From Leucoraja ocellata (lineage: Eukaryota): 64,000 bases of DNA. Shown in pieces: positions 58,601-64,000 of this stretch (the first letter of the stretch is position 1; the number at the start of each line of letters is the position of its first letter). The notes under the pieces are model-generated. The model saw only the letters and a program-made list of their open reading frames with translations. It made no database searches and had not been told where the DNA came from. The DNA lies in contig JAWMAR010000134.1 of assembly GCA_036785375.1 (NCBI GenBank), forward strand, positions 2,914,001 through 2,978,000, given 5' to 3'. A program made the translations under genes and the position numbers.

Positions 58601-60099
58601 CTGCCTATGGCCCTGGACTGGAAGGAGGTGTCACAGGTATAATACCTTGCTACATTTGACTTATAATCATCAGGATTCATCATGCATGGATAGCTGGTGG
58701 GGGAGGGAATGCAATGTATTTTTGGCAAGTGTGGATTGTGGATTAAAACAACGCATTGGTAATGTACAAGTTAGAATCTGTTTATGGCTTTGTGGCGTTA
58801 AAATATTTTAAAAATCTGGGATATAAACAGAAAATGCTGAAAATGCACAGCAAGTTGGGCAATGTAATGAGAACTGGAATATTGCAAGCTTGAATTTAGT
58901 GGTTCAGTAGGGATTTGAATAGATATCGATGGATATTTGTTGTGATTTGGATGTTAGAATATAATTGAAAGAATTCTTGCAGAGAATAACAGGTACCCAA
59001 AATGTGAAATACAGGCTGGTTTGGGGGCTTAGTTGCTTGTTTCAGCCATCCTAGACTATAAATGCTGGAAAAGATTGTTTCATAGTAATTGTGTGTGTTT
59101 TGTGCAGGAGTGCCCTCAGAATTCATTGTCAACACATGTAATGCGGGAGCTGGAGCTCTTTCTGTCACTATTGATGGTCCGTCAAAAGTGAAGATGGACT
59201 GCCAAGAGGGCCCTGAGGGTTATAAGGTAACCTACACTCCAATGGCCCCTGGTAATTACCTGATCTCCATAAAATATGGTGGACCTCAACATATTATTGG
59301 CAGTCCATTCAAGGCTAAGGTCACAGGTGAGCACAAGTTCATTGGATCATAGAAATGTATAACATGAAAAGAAAGCATACCATCTTTTTAAACTGGAATA
59401 TAAAGAATGGGGCTATCAAGTCTAACTCCACCTCCCAGGGAGCTGTGACAGGACTAACTTGTGCCTGTTTTCTATTTCAGGAGTTCGATTGTCAGGGGGC
59501 CACAGTTTACATGAGACATCCACAGTCTTGGTTGAAACAGTTACCAAGTCATCCACAGTTGCTGGCTATGGACCAATGCCCAAATTCACATCTGATGCCA
59601 GCAAAGTGGTATCTCGAGGGCCTGGTCTGTCCAAGGCTTTCATTGGGCAGAAAAACAACTTCACTGTGGACTGCAGCAAAGCAGGTGGGTGTCTAGGGTT
59701 GGGAAGGTGGGACAAGTGTAGGGTTTAGGTAAAGCATGGGATGAGGATTATCTTGATGGTTGGTGGAAGTGTAAACACAAGCACAACTTGGCTTAAACCA
59801 TGCTAGGCTAGTATTACCTTCATTCATTGGCTTGTGACAAACCCAGCAAATGTGCATTGTTGTGATCCCTTGCAGTGATGTGCTCACTGAAGTAACTTCT
59901 TTTTGTTCCAGGAACTAACATGTTGATGGTGGGTGTGCATGGCCCGAAGACCCCTTGTGAAGAAGTTTATGTGAAACACATGGGTAATCGTGTATATAAC
60001 GTCACATACACTGTGAAGGAGAAGGGCGACTATATTCTGATTGTGAAGTGGGGCGATGAGTGTGTGCCCGGTAGCCCATTCCATGCTACTGTCCCCTGA
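1339..60099 (+). CDS. FLNC: Filamin-C, whole multi-exon CDS (48 exons, 8160 nt spliced, 2719 aa; 2761 aa with optional exon 23078-23203)
   Basis: Manually spliced exons keep frame throughout and all introns are GT-AG. Filamin ABD ([19 protein letters not shown]) plus 24 Ig repeats. Diagnostic FLNC Ig20 insert ([21 protein letters not shown]...) and FLNC-type hinge 1 are present. Confidence 0.97.
2702..2719. repeat. (AT)n microsatellite
   Basis: atatatatatatatatat. Confidence 0.8.
3770..4110. promoter_or_regulatory. Candidate intron-1 muscle/stress enhancer
   Basis: MCAT CATTCC 3787 and GGAATG 3967; E-boxes CAGCTG 3813, 3946, 3958; HSE TTCcaGAAtaTTC 3850-3862; TGATAA 3979; CACCC/GC boxes. 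Confidence 0.55.
4257..4352 (+). mobile_element. Short Penelope-derived repeat (same family)
   Basis: ctgaagaagggtcttgacccaaaacgtc...ctccagagatgctgcctg...ctgagtt. Confidence 0.7.
4949..5220 (+). mobile_element. tRNA-derived SINE (HE1/V-SINE-like)
   Basis: A box tggcgcagcagtag, B box ggttcgatcc; V-domain-like gtacggagtttgtacgttc; CR1-like tail gggctgaagggcccgtttctgtgc. Confidence 0.8.
5330..6620 (+). mobile_element. Old degenerate CR1 LINE ORF2 fragment
   Basis: Decayed nucleotide similarity to the 10323-12725 element (ccaggccctgat, aaatcatgcttaacaaat, aaggcttttgataa). Confidence 0.7.
6715..7130 (+). mobile_element. Young CR1 LINE 3' fragment
   Basis: tactcgctagaatttagaaga...gggccgaatggcctactcctgcacct; matches the 3' end of the 10323 element. 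Confidence 0.85.
7898..7995 (-). mobile_element. Short Penelope-derived repeat (same family)
   Basis: Reverse complement of agtctgaagaaaggtctcgaccgaaaac... Confidence 0.65.
8797..9800 (+). mobile_element. CR1 3' fragment plus adjacent older CR1 fragment
   Basis: gtgaatctgtggaattctctg...aatggcctactcctgcacct; downstream decayed RPHLEYC-like sequence (agaccacaacctgaatactg). Confidence 0.7.
10323..12725 (-). mobile_element. CR1-clade (HER1-like) LINE, 5'-truncated, frameshifted ORF2 with 3' tail
   Basis: Minus-strand ORFs with RT motifs ([36 protein letters not shown]); CR1 3'UTR ...gggccgaatggcctactc. Confidence 0.92.
13445..13727 (-). mobile_element. tRNA-derived SINE (HE1/V-SINE-like)
   Basis: Reverse complement of the 4949 SINE head (ggatcgaacctgggtc...ctgtaaggcagcaactcta). 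Confidence 0.78.
15190..16140 (-). mobile_element. Degenerate CR1 fragments
   Basis: Decayed CR1 3'UTR and ORF2 motifs (aaagccttctgaaagtc, ttcataaatccatgttgact). Confidence 0.6.
16479..16727 (+). CDS. FLNC: FLNC exon 2 (CH1/CH2)
   Basis: cag|AT; [18 protein letters not shown]...DNCAP; |gtaaga. Confidence 0.95.
17446..17543 (+). CDS. FLNC: FLNC exon 3 (CH2)
   Basis: [33 protein letters not shown]; cag|...|gtgagt. Confidence 0.95.
17796..17943 (+). CDS. FLNC: FLNC exon 4
   Basis: [24 protein letters not shown]...ARAYGP; |gtaagg. Confidence 0.95.
18229..18331 (+). mobile_element. Short Penelope-derived insertion with minimal hammerhead-like core and 14-bp TSD
   Basis: CTGAAGA 18239, stem gggtc/gactt, GAAACGTC 18259-18266; TSD ttgagggatgatga at 18215-18228 and 18332-18345. 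Confidence 0.7.
18410..18528 (+). CDS. FLNC: FLNC exon 5 (Ig1)
   Basis: [18 protein letters not shown]...EGHTEE; tag|...|gtactg. Confidence 0.93.
18635..19130 (-). mobile_element. Rex1/Babar-like LINE fragment, degenerate
   Basis: Minus [17 protein letters not shown]; tail similar to the 48420 element. Confidence 0.55.
19317..19394 (+). CDS. FLNC: FLNC exon 6 (Ig1)
   Basis: [26 protein letters not shown]; |gtaagt. Confidence 0.93.
20097..20259 (+). CDS. FLNC: FLNC exon 7 (Ig1/Ig2)
   Basis: [15 protein letters not shown]...TYFDIYTA; |gtgagg. Confidence 0.94.
20760..20960 (+). CDS. FLNC: FLNC exon 8 (Ig2)
   Basis: [16 protein letters not shown]...SPFTVNISE; |gtatgg. Confidence 0.95.
23078..23203 (+). 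CDS. FLNC: Putative alternative cassette exon '8a' of FLNC: 42-codon proline-rich insert between Ig2 and Ig3
   Basis: CU-rich tract + ctcag acceptor. 126 nt, phase 1-1, open in the FLNC frame: (G)[41 protein letters not shown](P). Donor C|gttagt. GC/CpG-rich relative to the flanking intron. Confidence 0.78.
24050..24187 (+). CDS. FLNC: FLNC exon 9 (Ig3)
   Basis: [22 protein letters not shown]...VIKGP; |gtaagt. Confidence 0.95.
24579..24705 (+). CDS. FLNC: FLNC exon 10 (Ig3)
   Basis: [14 protein letters not shown]...WGGFAIPR; |gtgagt. Confidence 0.94.
25031..25167 (+). CDS. FLNC: FLNC exon 11 (Ig3/4)
   Basis: [21 protein letters not shown]...EVGTL; |gtaagt. Confidence 0.95.
25425..25618 (+). 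CDS. FLNC: FLNC exon 12 (Ig4)
   Basis: [16 protein letters not shown]...SFPEK; |gtgagt. Confidence 0.95.
26478..26591 (+). CDS. FLNC: FLNC exon 13 (Ig5)
   Basis: [21 protein letters not shown]...KIYAQ; |gtaatg. Confidence 0.94.
26812..26955 (+). CDS. FLNC: FLNC exon 14 (Ig5)
   Basis: aag acceptor; [14 protein letters not shown]...VPNSPFR; |gtaagt. Confidence 0.93.
27402..27525 (+). CDS. FLNC: FLNC exon 15 (Ig5/6)
   Basis: [18 protein letters not shown]...EAGQ; |gtgagt. Confidence 0.95.
27700..28260 (-). mobile_element. Rex1/Babar-like LINE fragment, degenerate
   Basis: Minus [18 protein letters not shown]...; tail similar to the 48420 and 18635 elements. Confidence 0.55.
28579..28739 (+). 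CDS. FLNC: FLNC exon 16 (Ig6)
   Basis: [20 protein letters not shown]...LFADQ; |gtacat. Confidence 0.94.
29935..30026 (+). mobile_element. Short Penelope-derived repeat (same family)
   Basis: tgaagaaggctctcgacccaaaatgtcacctattcc...ctccagcattttt. Confidence 0.65.
30641..30731 (+). CDS. FLNC: FLNC exon 17 (Ig6/7)
   Basis: [30 protein letters not shown]; |gtgagg. Confidence 0.94.
31215..31384 (+). CDS. FLNC: FLNC exon 18 (Ig7)
   Basis: [18 protein letters not shown]...YTAVQQ; |gtgggg. Confidence 0.94.
31632..31749 (+). CDS. FLNC: FLNC exon 19 (Ig7/8)
   Basis: [19 protein letters not shown]...QGLNN; |gtaagc. Confidence 0.94.
32383..32645 (+). CDS. FLNC: FLNC exon 20 (Ig8)
   Basis: [18 protein letters not shown]...PPDPTK; |gtgagg. 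Confidence 0.95.
33000..33460 (-). mobile_element. CR1-type LINE 3' fragment
   Basis: aacaggcccttcagccca tail; ccctctccaaagcctccacat...gaccagaac-like motif. Confidence 0.65.
33626..34223 (+). CDS. FLNC: FLNC exon 21 (Ig9-Ig10)
   Basis: 598-nt exon [11 protein letters not shown]...FGPGVEPR; |gtaaga. Confidence 0.96.
34626..34799 (+). CDS. FLNC: FLNC exon 22 (Ig11)
   Basis: [13 protein letters not shown]...YTAYED; |gtgagt. Confidence 0.94.
36432..36940. repeat. Tandem duplication, ~243-259 bp unit x2
   Basis: aaaaatcttgtgaaagttggc...gtgaagctgatcactgctagcc...gcctagagggga recurs at 36432 and 36675. Confidence 0.85.
36968..37104. other. Assembly gap (137 N)
   Basis: Run of N. Confidence 0.99.
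37138..37300 (+). CDS. FLNC: FLNC exon 23 (Ig11/12)
   Basis: [19 protein letters not shown]...FTVET; |gtgagg. Confidence 0.94.
37716..37815 (+). mobile_element. Short Penelope-derived repeat (same family)
   Basis: gtctgaagaagggtctcgacctgaaacattacccattcc...ctccagcatttt. Confidence 0.7.
38067..38227 (+). CDS. FLNC: FLNC exon 24 (Ig12)
   Basis: [21 protein letters not shown]...GGHPIP; |gtgagc. Confidence 0.95.
38920..39087 (+). CDS. FLNC: FLNC exon 25 (Ig12/13)
   Basis: [19 protein letters not shown]...LGPT; |gtaaat. Confidence 0.95.
39409..39532 (+). CDS. FLNC: FLNC exon 26 (Ig13)
   Basis: [20 protein letters not shown]...DQEVPR; |gtgagc. Confidence 0.94.
40080..40236 (+). CDS. FLNC: FLNC exon 27 (Ig13/14)
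   Basis: [21 protein letters not shown]...TVQII; |gtaagt. Confidence 0.95.
40896..41085 (+). CDS. FLNC: FLNC exon 28 (Ig14/15)
   Basis: [17 protein letters not shown]...DASKCLVT; |gtgcag. Confidence 0.94.
41705..41728 (+). CDS. FLNC: FLNC exon 29, 24-nt microexon (VSIGGHGL)
   Basis: ctaac branch 41680; ccccacag|TGTCCATCGGTGGCCATGGACTAG|gtgagt; conserved filamin 8-aa cassette. Confidence 0.93.
   Translation, partial: CPSVAMD
42344..42591 (+). CDS. FLNC: FLNC exon 30 (Ig15)
   Basis: [19 protein letters not shown]...NSPFHVV; |gtaagt. Confidence 0.95.
44842..44937 (+). CDS. FLNC: FLNC exon 31, hinge 1 (alternatively spliced in mammals)
   Basis: tag|[32 protein letters not shown]|gtataa; 96 nt phase 0-0; resembles human H1 [21 protein letters not shown]...HW (from memory). 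Confidence 0.88.
46315..46414 (+). CDS. FLNC: FLNC exon 32 (Ig16)
   Basis: [33 protein letters not shown]; |gtaagt. Confidence 0.94.
46518..46658 (+). CDS. FLNC: FLNC exon 33 (Ig16)
   Basis: [21 protein letters not shown]...GNHIP; |gtatgt. Confidence 0.95.
47118..47246 (+). CDS. FLNC: FLNC exon 34 (Ig16/17)
   Basis: [14 protein letters not shown]...KDAGE; |gtatgt. Confidence 0.95.
47525..47675. mobile_element. Penelope-derived repeat, inverted (fold-back) arrangement
   Basis: aactgcagatgctgg...agacacaatgct (minus part) joined to ctgaggaagagtctcgaccagaaatgtc... (plus part). Confidence 0.62.
47874..48047 (+). CDS. FLNC: FLNC exon 35 (Ig17)
   Basis: [17 protein letters not shown]...FTAKIT; |gtaact. 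Confidence 0.95.
48420..49020 (-). mobile_element. Rex1/Babar-like LINE 3' fragment
   Basis: Minus [24 protein letters not shown]...[12 protein letters not shown], typical of the Rex1/Babar C-terminus; ttattgtcatgtg tail. Confidence 0.7.
49183..49336. repeat. Long inverted repeat (68/67-nt arms, 19-nt loop)
   Basis: 49183-49250 is the reverse complement of 49270-49336 apart from 2 substitutions and a 1-nt bulge. Confidence 0.95.
49481..49642 (+). CDS. FLNC: FLNC exon 36 (Ig18)
   Basis: [19 protein letters not shown]...LPNRHI; |gtaaga. Confidence 0.95.
49805..50170 (+). mobile_element. CR1-type LINE 3' fragment
   Basis: [10 protein letters not shown]...[13 protein letters not shown] end; tail gggccgaagggcctgtttctgtgct. 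Confidence 0.8.
51090..51293 (+). CDS. FLNC: FLNC exon 37 (Ig18/19)
   Basis: [16 protein letters not shown]...VDTRGA; |gtaagg. Confidence 0.95.
51602..51754 (+). CDS. FLNC: FLNC exon 38 (Ig19)
   Basis: [19 protein letters not shown]...FADCHVP; |gtaagt. Confidence 0.95.
51943..52065 (+). CDS. FLNC: FLNC exon 39 (Ig19/20)
   Basis: [41 protein letters not shown]; |gtacaa. Confidence 0.95.
52530..52935 (-). repeat. GC-richer interspersed repeat fragment, class uncertain (possibly a LINE 5' region)
   Basis: Abrupt CpG-containing block with internal duplications (gatatgg..aaaaaaatc x2; ttgaagc x2) in an AT-rich intron. Confidence 0.4.
54103..54282. mobile_element. Penelope-derived repeat, fold-back, with near-perfect 15-bp TSD
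   Basis: CTGAAGA 54227, aggt/acct stem, GAAA 54246; flanks caagtctgttgagga (54088) and caagtctgatgagga (54283). Confidence 0.65.
54447..54498. repeat. Perfect 26-bp tandem duplication
   Basis: ttttataactgaaggctacattcata x2. Confidence 0.9.
54746..54985 (+). CDS. FLNC: FLNC exon 40, FLNC-specific Ig20 insertion (80 aa)
   Basis: [24 protein letters not shown]...NIPRAE; tag|...|gtgtgt; 240 nt phase 1-1. Confidence 0.94.
55091..55360 (+). CDS. FLNC: FLNC exon 41 (Ig20/21)
   Basis: [17 protein letters not shown]...GVAAVP; |gtgagt. Confidence 0.95.
56029..56166 (+). CDS. FLNC: FLNC exon 42 (Ig21)
   Basis: aag acceptor; [23 protein letters not shown]...IVQEP; |gtcagt. Confidence 0.94.
56252..56367 (+). 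CDS. FLNC: FLNC exon 43 (Ig21/22)
   Basis: [19 protein letters not shown]...VTSLQ; |gtgggc. Confidence 0.95.
56796..56928 (+). CDS. FLNC: FLNC exon 44 (Ig22)
   Basis: [21 protein letters not shown]...SELDS; |gtgagt. Confidence 0.95.
57566..57582. repeat. (TG)n microsatellite
   Basis: tgtgtgtgtgtgtgtgt. Confidence 0.8.
57990..58135 (-). mobile_element. CR1 3' tail fragment
   Basis: ttaggccatttggcccatc...ccattcaatcatggctga. Confidence 0.7.
58460..58636 (+). CDS. FLNC: FLNC exon 45 (Ig22/23)
   Basis: [19 protein letters not shown]...LEGGVT; |gtataa. Confidence 0.94.
59108..59326 (+). CDS. FLNC: FLNC exon 46 (Ig23)
   Basis: [18 protein letters not shown]...FKAKVT; |gtgagc. Confidence 0.95.
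59481..59684 (+). CDS. FLNC: FLNC exon 47 (hinge 2 / Ig24)
   Basis: [21 protein letters not shown]...VDCSKA; |gtgggt. Confidence 0.95.
59912..60099 (+). CDS. FLNC: FLNC exon 48 (Ig24 dimerisation domain, stop)
   Basis: [19 protein letters not shown]...GSPFHATVP*; TGA 60097-60099. Confidence 0.96.
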
Positions 60100-60984
60100 A
60101 TGACTGATGGAACCTTTGTTACATCCCAGAGGATCTGAATTGTCTAAGTTTTGTAGAAAAACAACAAAAAAGTTAACTTAAAAACTAATATCCAGCCCTG
60201 CATTTGCAGGGATGGGGGTGTTTGGGGAGGGGGGGGGGGAGAAATGGGGGTGGGGGTGGGTAGGGAGATTGTGGGGAGGGGTTGGGGGAAGAGTTTCTCT
60301 GGGCAAACACCAGACAACTGATTTTTAGAAGCTGACTGAATTTACCAGAACAATTGGCAATTTCTCCTTGGTTAAGAGTTTCCCCAAGAACTCTGCAGTA
60401 AAAATATTGGAGCTTGTTTTGGAGGGTATTGAATGGAGCCAGTACCGTCTGTATACCTGACTGGCACACCCTCCAGGTGCTGCAGCTCCAAGGATGATTC
60501 ACCTTCTCGATCTTCTGCTCCTCTTGAAGCAAGACAGACAACTTCTAATGTTCTTTTCAAAAGGTATTGGTGAATCCTTGGGCTTATTTGTCCTTGTGCT
60601 AAGGCTAAGAAGGGGTTGATGGAAATGGGTTCCAAAAAACTTTAATTAGTTAATCAACCAGTGTGTTCAGTCTGTACATCTCCCACTTATCCCATGTCCT
60701 CCCCTTTATCCCTTTACTTTCCCAATATGATCTGAAGTCCAATTTCTCCAACCACTAGTTACCCTGACCAGATACTGCACTGACAGTTTGGAGCAAGACA
60801 TTTGTTGATCTGACTGCTGTACTCATGGAAATGAACTAGACCACGCAAGGGTTACAGCACATAAAGTGCTGGACATGCCCTTGGACATGGGTGGCAATGT
60901 TGGAGTTGTTACTTTGTTTGTTTCTAGACAACTTTGTATGAAAGTGAGCCCTTGAATTTGATACATCAACCAATGTCTGGCAAT

Positions 60985-60990
60985 AATAAA
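60985..60990 (+). terminator. Polyadenylation signal of FLNC (3'UTR ~0.9 kb)
   Basis: AATAAA followed ~15-40 nt later by U/GU-rich ttttgtcttatgcttttgtctt. Confidence 0.75.
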
Positions 60991-61514
60991 ATATACCTGA
61001 TAACATTTTGTCTTATGCTTTTGTCTTATTGGAAGTAACTGTCTCATCTTCAGTTACTTGGAATTGAATAGGGTATCCAGGAAAATGTTGGGGTTGAGAA
61101 TTAACAACGTGTTATCAGTCATAAAACTGGCTTGAACCTCTGACTCTCATCATCTCCCTTCATAGTTTTACAGTAAAGAAACGGACCTGATGTCCCATAA
61201 TGTCCAAGATGACCATTTTGCTTGCAGACACTTAACTATTTACTTGCAAGAGTTAACTTTTTGTCTCTATGCCTTGCTTAAGTGCATTTTATAAATGTAG
61301 CAATGATATCCTATTCCACTACCTCCAGATACAGTAGTTTAGTCGATTACCTTTGGTTCCCTTTTTAAAAAATCTTTTTGTTTGCCTTAAACCTATGCCA
61401 TCTTATTTTTGATGATCCTCTGACCATTGAAAAGGGATTATCAATGCCTGTCACTCCATAGTTTCCTTCACTCAATGGGAAGCCAAGCCCAGCCAATCCA
61501 ATCTTCCTGCTCTT

Positions 61515-62025
61515 CACTTTCATTATAGCAGCCTCTGCACTCAACACATCATTCTGACATTTCCACCATCTTCAACAGGATCACACCACCAGTCACATAT
61601 GCCCGTCCCCACAGTTTTCTTCAAAGACTACTCTCAACTCTTTGTTTGCTCAACTTTTTCCACTCAATACACCTCCTCCCCAGGCACTTTTCCCCTACAA
61701 CTACAGGAAATGTAACACCTATTCCTACAGTTCCTCACTTCCTTACAGGATCCATTGCAGGTTCTCCATGTGCAAGAGAAGTTCATATGCACCTCTTCCA
61801 ACCTGGCCAGTTGCATTCAGTGCTCCATATATAGTCTCTTGAATCAGCGAGACCAAGTGTAGTCTACACGACTATTTAGCAGTACACGTGCTTGGTCTGC
61901 CTAGCCCTCCTGGATCACCCAGATACTAACCATTTTAACTCTGCTTCCTGTTCCCATACCAACCTTTCTAACCTTGGCCTCCTCCATTTGCCAGTGAGGC
62001 CAGATACAAACTGGAAGAACAGAAC
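61515..62025 (+). mobile_element. Penelope-like element remnant (GIY-YIG endonuclease region)
   Basis: Frameshifted motifs HFHHLQQDHTTSHI, FP.NYRKCNT, KFICTSSNL..CIQCS, SETKCSL, NHFNS.S.SHTNLS resembling the PLE GIY-YIG domain. Confidence 0.7.
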
Positions 62026-62029
62026 TGGA

Positions 62030-62185
62030 AGGCAGCACAGTGGCACAGAAGAGTTGCTGCTTTACAGCGCCTGAGACCCAGGTTCGATCCTTACTATGGG
62101 TGCTGCATGGGTTTTCTCCAGTTTTCTCCCACACTCCAAAAGCTTAATTAGCTCAGTGAAATTGTAAATTGTGCAGTGTGCAGGG
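62030..62185 (+). mobile_element. tRNA-derived SINE, truncated
   Basis: gagttgctgctttacagcgcctgagacccaggttcgatcc; same family as 4949. Confidence 0.72.
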
Positions 62186-62229
62186 TTCGTTGGTCCTTCA
62201 TATGGAAATACAGACCTATTATATATAGG

Positions 62230-63200
62230 ACTCGGGATTGTCTGGAGCTTCGTAAATAGGAGTTATAGTGAAGTGGTCGCTTCTAATGTATTGGAAGAGA
62301 TTAGATAGGTGGCCACAAGAAAAGGAAAGAGTTGGTAGAGTGTGCAAGTTACCCCAATGGCCATTCCTCTTCAAAACAAACTGTTGGGGGGCTGACCAGC
62401 CAAGGGTAAGCAGCAGTCAGGTCTGTAGCCCTGAGTGTGGCACCGAGCCTGGCTCCATGGCACAGCGGGGAAGGGTAATGTCGGGCAGAGCCTTCCCTGC
62501 GTGGTAGGAAACTTGTGTAAGAAAAAACTGCAGATGCTGGTTTAACTCGAAGGTAGACACAAAATGCTGGAGTAACTCAGTGGGACAGGCATCCTGGAGA
62601 GAAGGAATGGATGTTTCGGGTCTCGACCCGAAACATCACCCATTCCTTCTCTCCAGTGGTAGGAAACTCGTTAGTCGTTAAGGGACAGATAGGCGATTGT
62701 GGAGATTCTGTGGCGGCAACCGAGGCTCCAGGATTGTGTGTTGCCTCCCTGGTGCCAGGTCCAGGATGTCATAAGAGCAGCTGCATGACATTCTCGAGGG
62801 GAAGAGGGTGCAGCCAAAAGTCATTAATACATTTAAGTACGAGGTGTTGCATTAATTTAAAATTTCCAGAGCAGCAGGAACCCTCCTCCCTGAAAGAATG
62901 TCGATCCCAGTTAAGGCACAATCCCTCTGAATTGTAGAGATCCCACCTAACCCAAAAGGGTTCCCAATTATCAAAGTACCTAAAGCCTGTCCTCCGGCAC
63001 CAGCTCTTTAGCCACACTTTCAGCTGACCCGTCATCCTGTTTTTACCATCACTAGCATTTGGCACAAAGAGTAATCCCAAGATTATGACCTTGCTTTTGA
63101 AATTCCGGCTGAATTCCCAATATTCACTCTGCAGGACCTCATTCCTCTTTCTACCCATGTTGTTAGTACCAGTGTTTACCACAACCTCCAGATGTTCTTC
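62230..63200. mobile_element. CR1 ORF1 (SGNH esterase) fragments: + strand ~62230-62840 and - strand ~62870-63200
   Basis: Minus ORF VVVNTGTNN...WLKSWCRRTGFRYFDNW; plus strand decayed VVGDS/CCLPGA-like motifs. Confidence 0.7.
62514..62655. mobile_element. Penelope-derived fold-back repeat nested in CR1 ORF1, 13-bp TSD
   Basis: TSD gtggtaggaaact at 62501-62513 and 62656-62668; internal palindrome 62594-62656. Confidence 0.72.
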
Positions 63201-64000
63201 TGCCTTATGTTCCACGACATGTCCAACACAGACATTGTGGGCTAGAGAGCCTGTACCTGTGCTGTTCTATGTTCTAATATAGGTAAGATTAAGAGAGATT
63301 TCTTCATTAATAGAGTGGTGAATTTTTGCAATTCCCTATACCTAAAGGCTAGCCGGTTGAGAATATCCTAGTTATATAATATAAATTATAACGTAAGGTA
63401 TTTTATTAAGTAAAGATTAATTTGTCTTTGGGTTTTGAGTAAACTGAAGCTTTGTGATTCTGTACTGTAGAAGAGCTGGGAGCATTCAAACTGCATTCAA
63501 GCTGCTTCCTGTTGTGCCCAAGCAAAAGATATTGACAATGGTGGGAGAGGACACACTTCCTGAGAAGGTTCTGGTTTCTGTAAACAGAAGCCTTGAGAGA
63601 GTATACCCTCCCAGATCCTACCATTCATTTGAAGGCCCTGCCCTGCCCTGCTTTGACTTCCAAAAAGGCAGTACCTTACACTCATCTGAATTAAACGCCA
63701 CTTGCTATTCCCCAGCTGATCAAGGTACTGCAGTATTGATAATACTTTTCACTGTCAACGATACCACATATTTTAGTGTCATCTGCAAAAGTACTTATCA
63801 TGCCTTATACATTTAGATATGGTAGCAACACTTAGAGCATATTTAAACAAACATAGTAACAGACAGGGAACTGAGAGATATAGACCACGTGCAGGCAGAT
63901 GTGCAGTTTGAATTGGCACCATGGTCAGCACAGGCATTGGTCTGCCATTGGTTCTTAAATATGACATTCCAGCACCATCTTACATTTAGGATTAGCAATG

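Noticed and set aside
1339-60099. Assignment as FLNA or FLNB
   Set aside because: The Ig20 insert exon, the hinge-1 sequence and the [10 protein letters not shown] motif are FLNC-type.
61000-64000. Possible neighbouring gene downstream (or upstream in 1-950)
   Set aside because: Only TE remnants and non-coding sequence are seen; no exon-like ORF is recognised.

Overview
This window is eukaryotic DNA from a cartilaginous fish, probably a skate or ray. That assignment is inferred from the HE1/V-SINE-like and CR1/HER1-like repeats. It holds one complete + strand gene, filamin-C (FLNC). I traced 48 GT-AG coding exons by hand from ATG 1339 to TGA 60099. They total 8160 nt, or 2719 aa plus stop: actin-binding CH1-CH2, 24 filamin Ig repeats, hinge 1, the FLNC-specific Ig20 insert and hinge 2. 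There is a CpG-island promoter with a MEF2 site, and an AATAAA at 60985. Introns are filled with CR1 and Rex1-like LINE fragments, tRNA-derived SINEs, Penelope-like remnants and a tandem Helitron-like element around a 137-N gap. The strongest leads are: (1) an extra frame-preserving 126-nt proline-rich cassette exon (23078-23203) that the ORF track misses, in the intron homologous to the one holding the human FLNA poison exon; (2) a family of short intronic insertions carrying minimal hammerhead-ribozyme cores; (3) a near-perfect ~67-bp hairpin in intron 35; (4) a muscle/heat-shock enhancer-like cluster in intron 1; (5) apparent absence of two mammalian FLNC phospho-switches. All comparisons to human FLNC/FLNA are from memory and need alignment. 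No prokaryotic-type systems such as CRISPR are supported.
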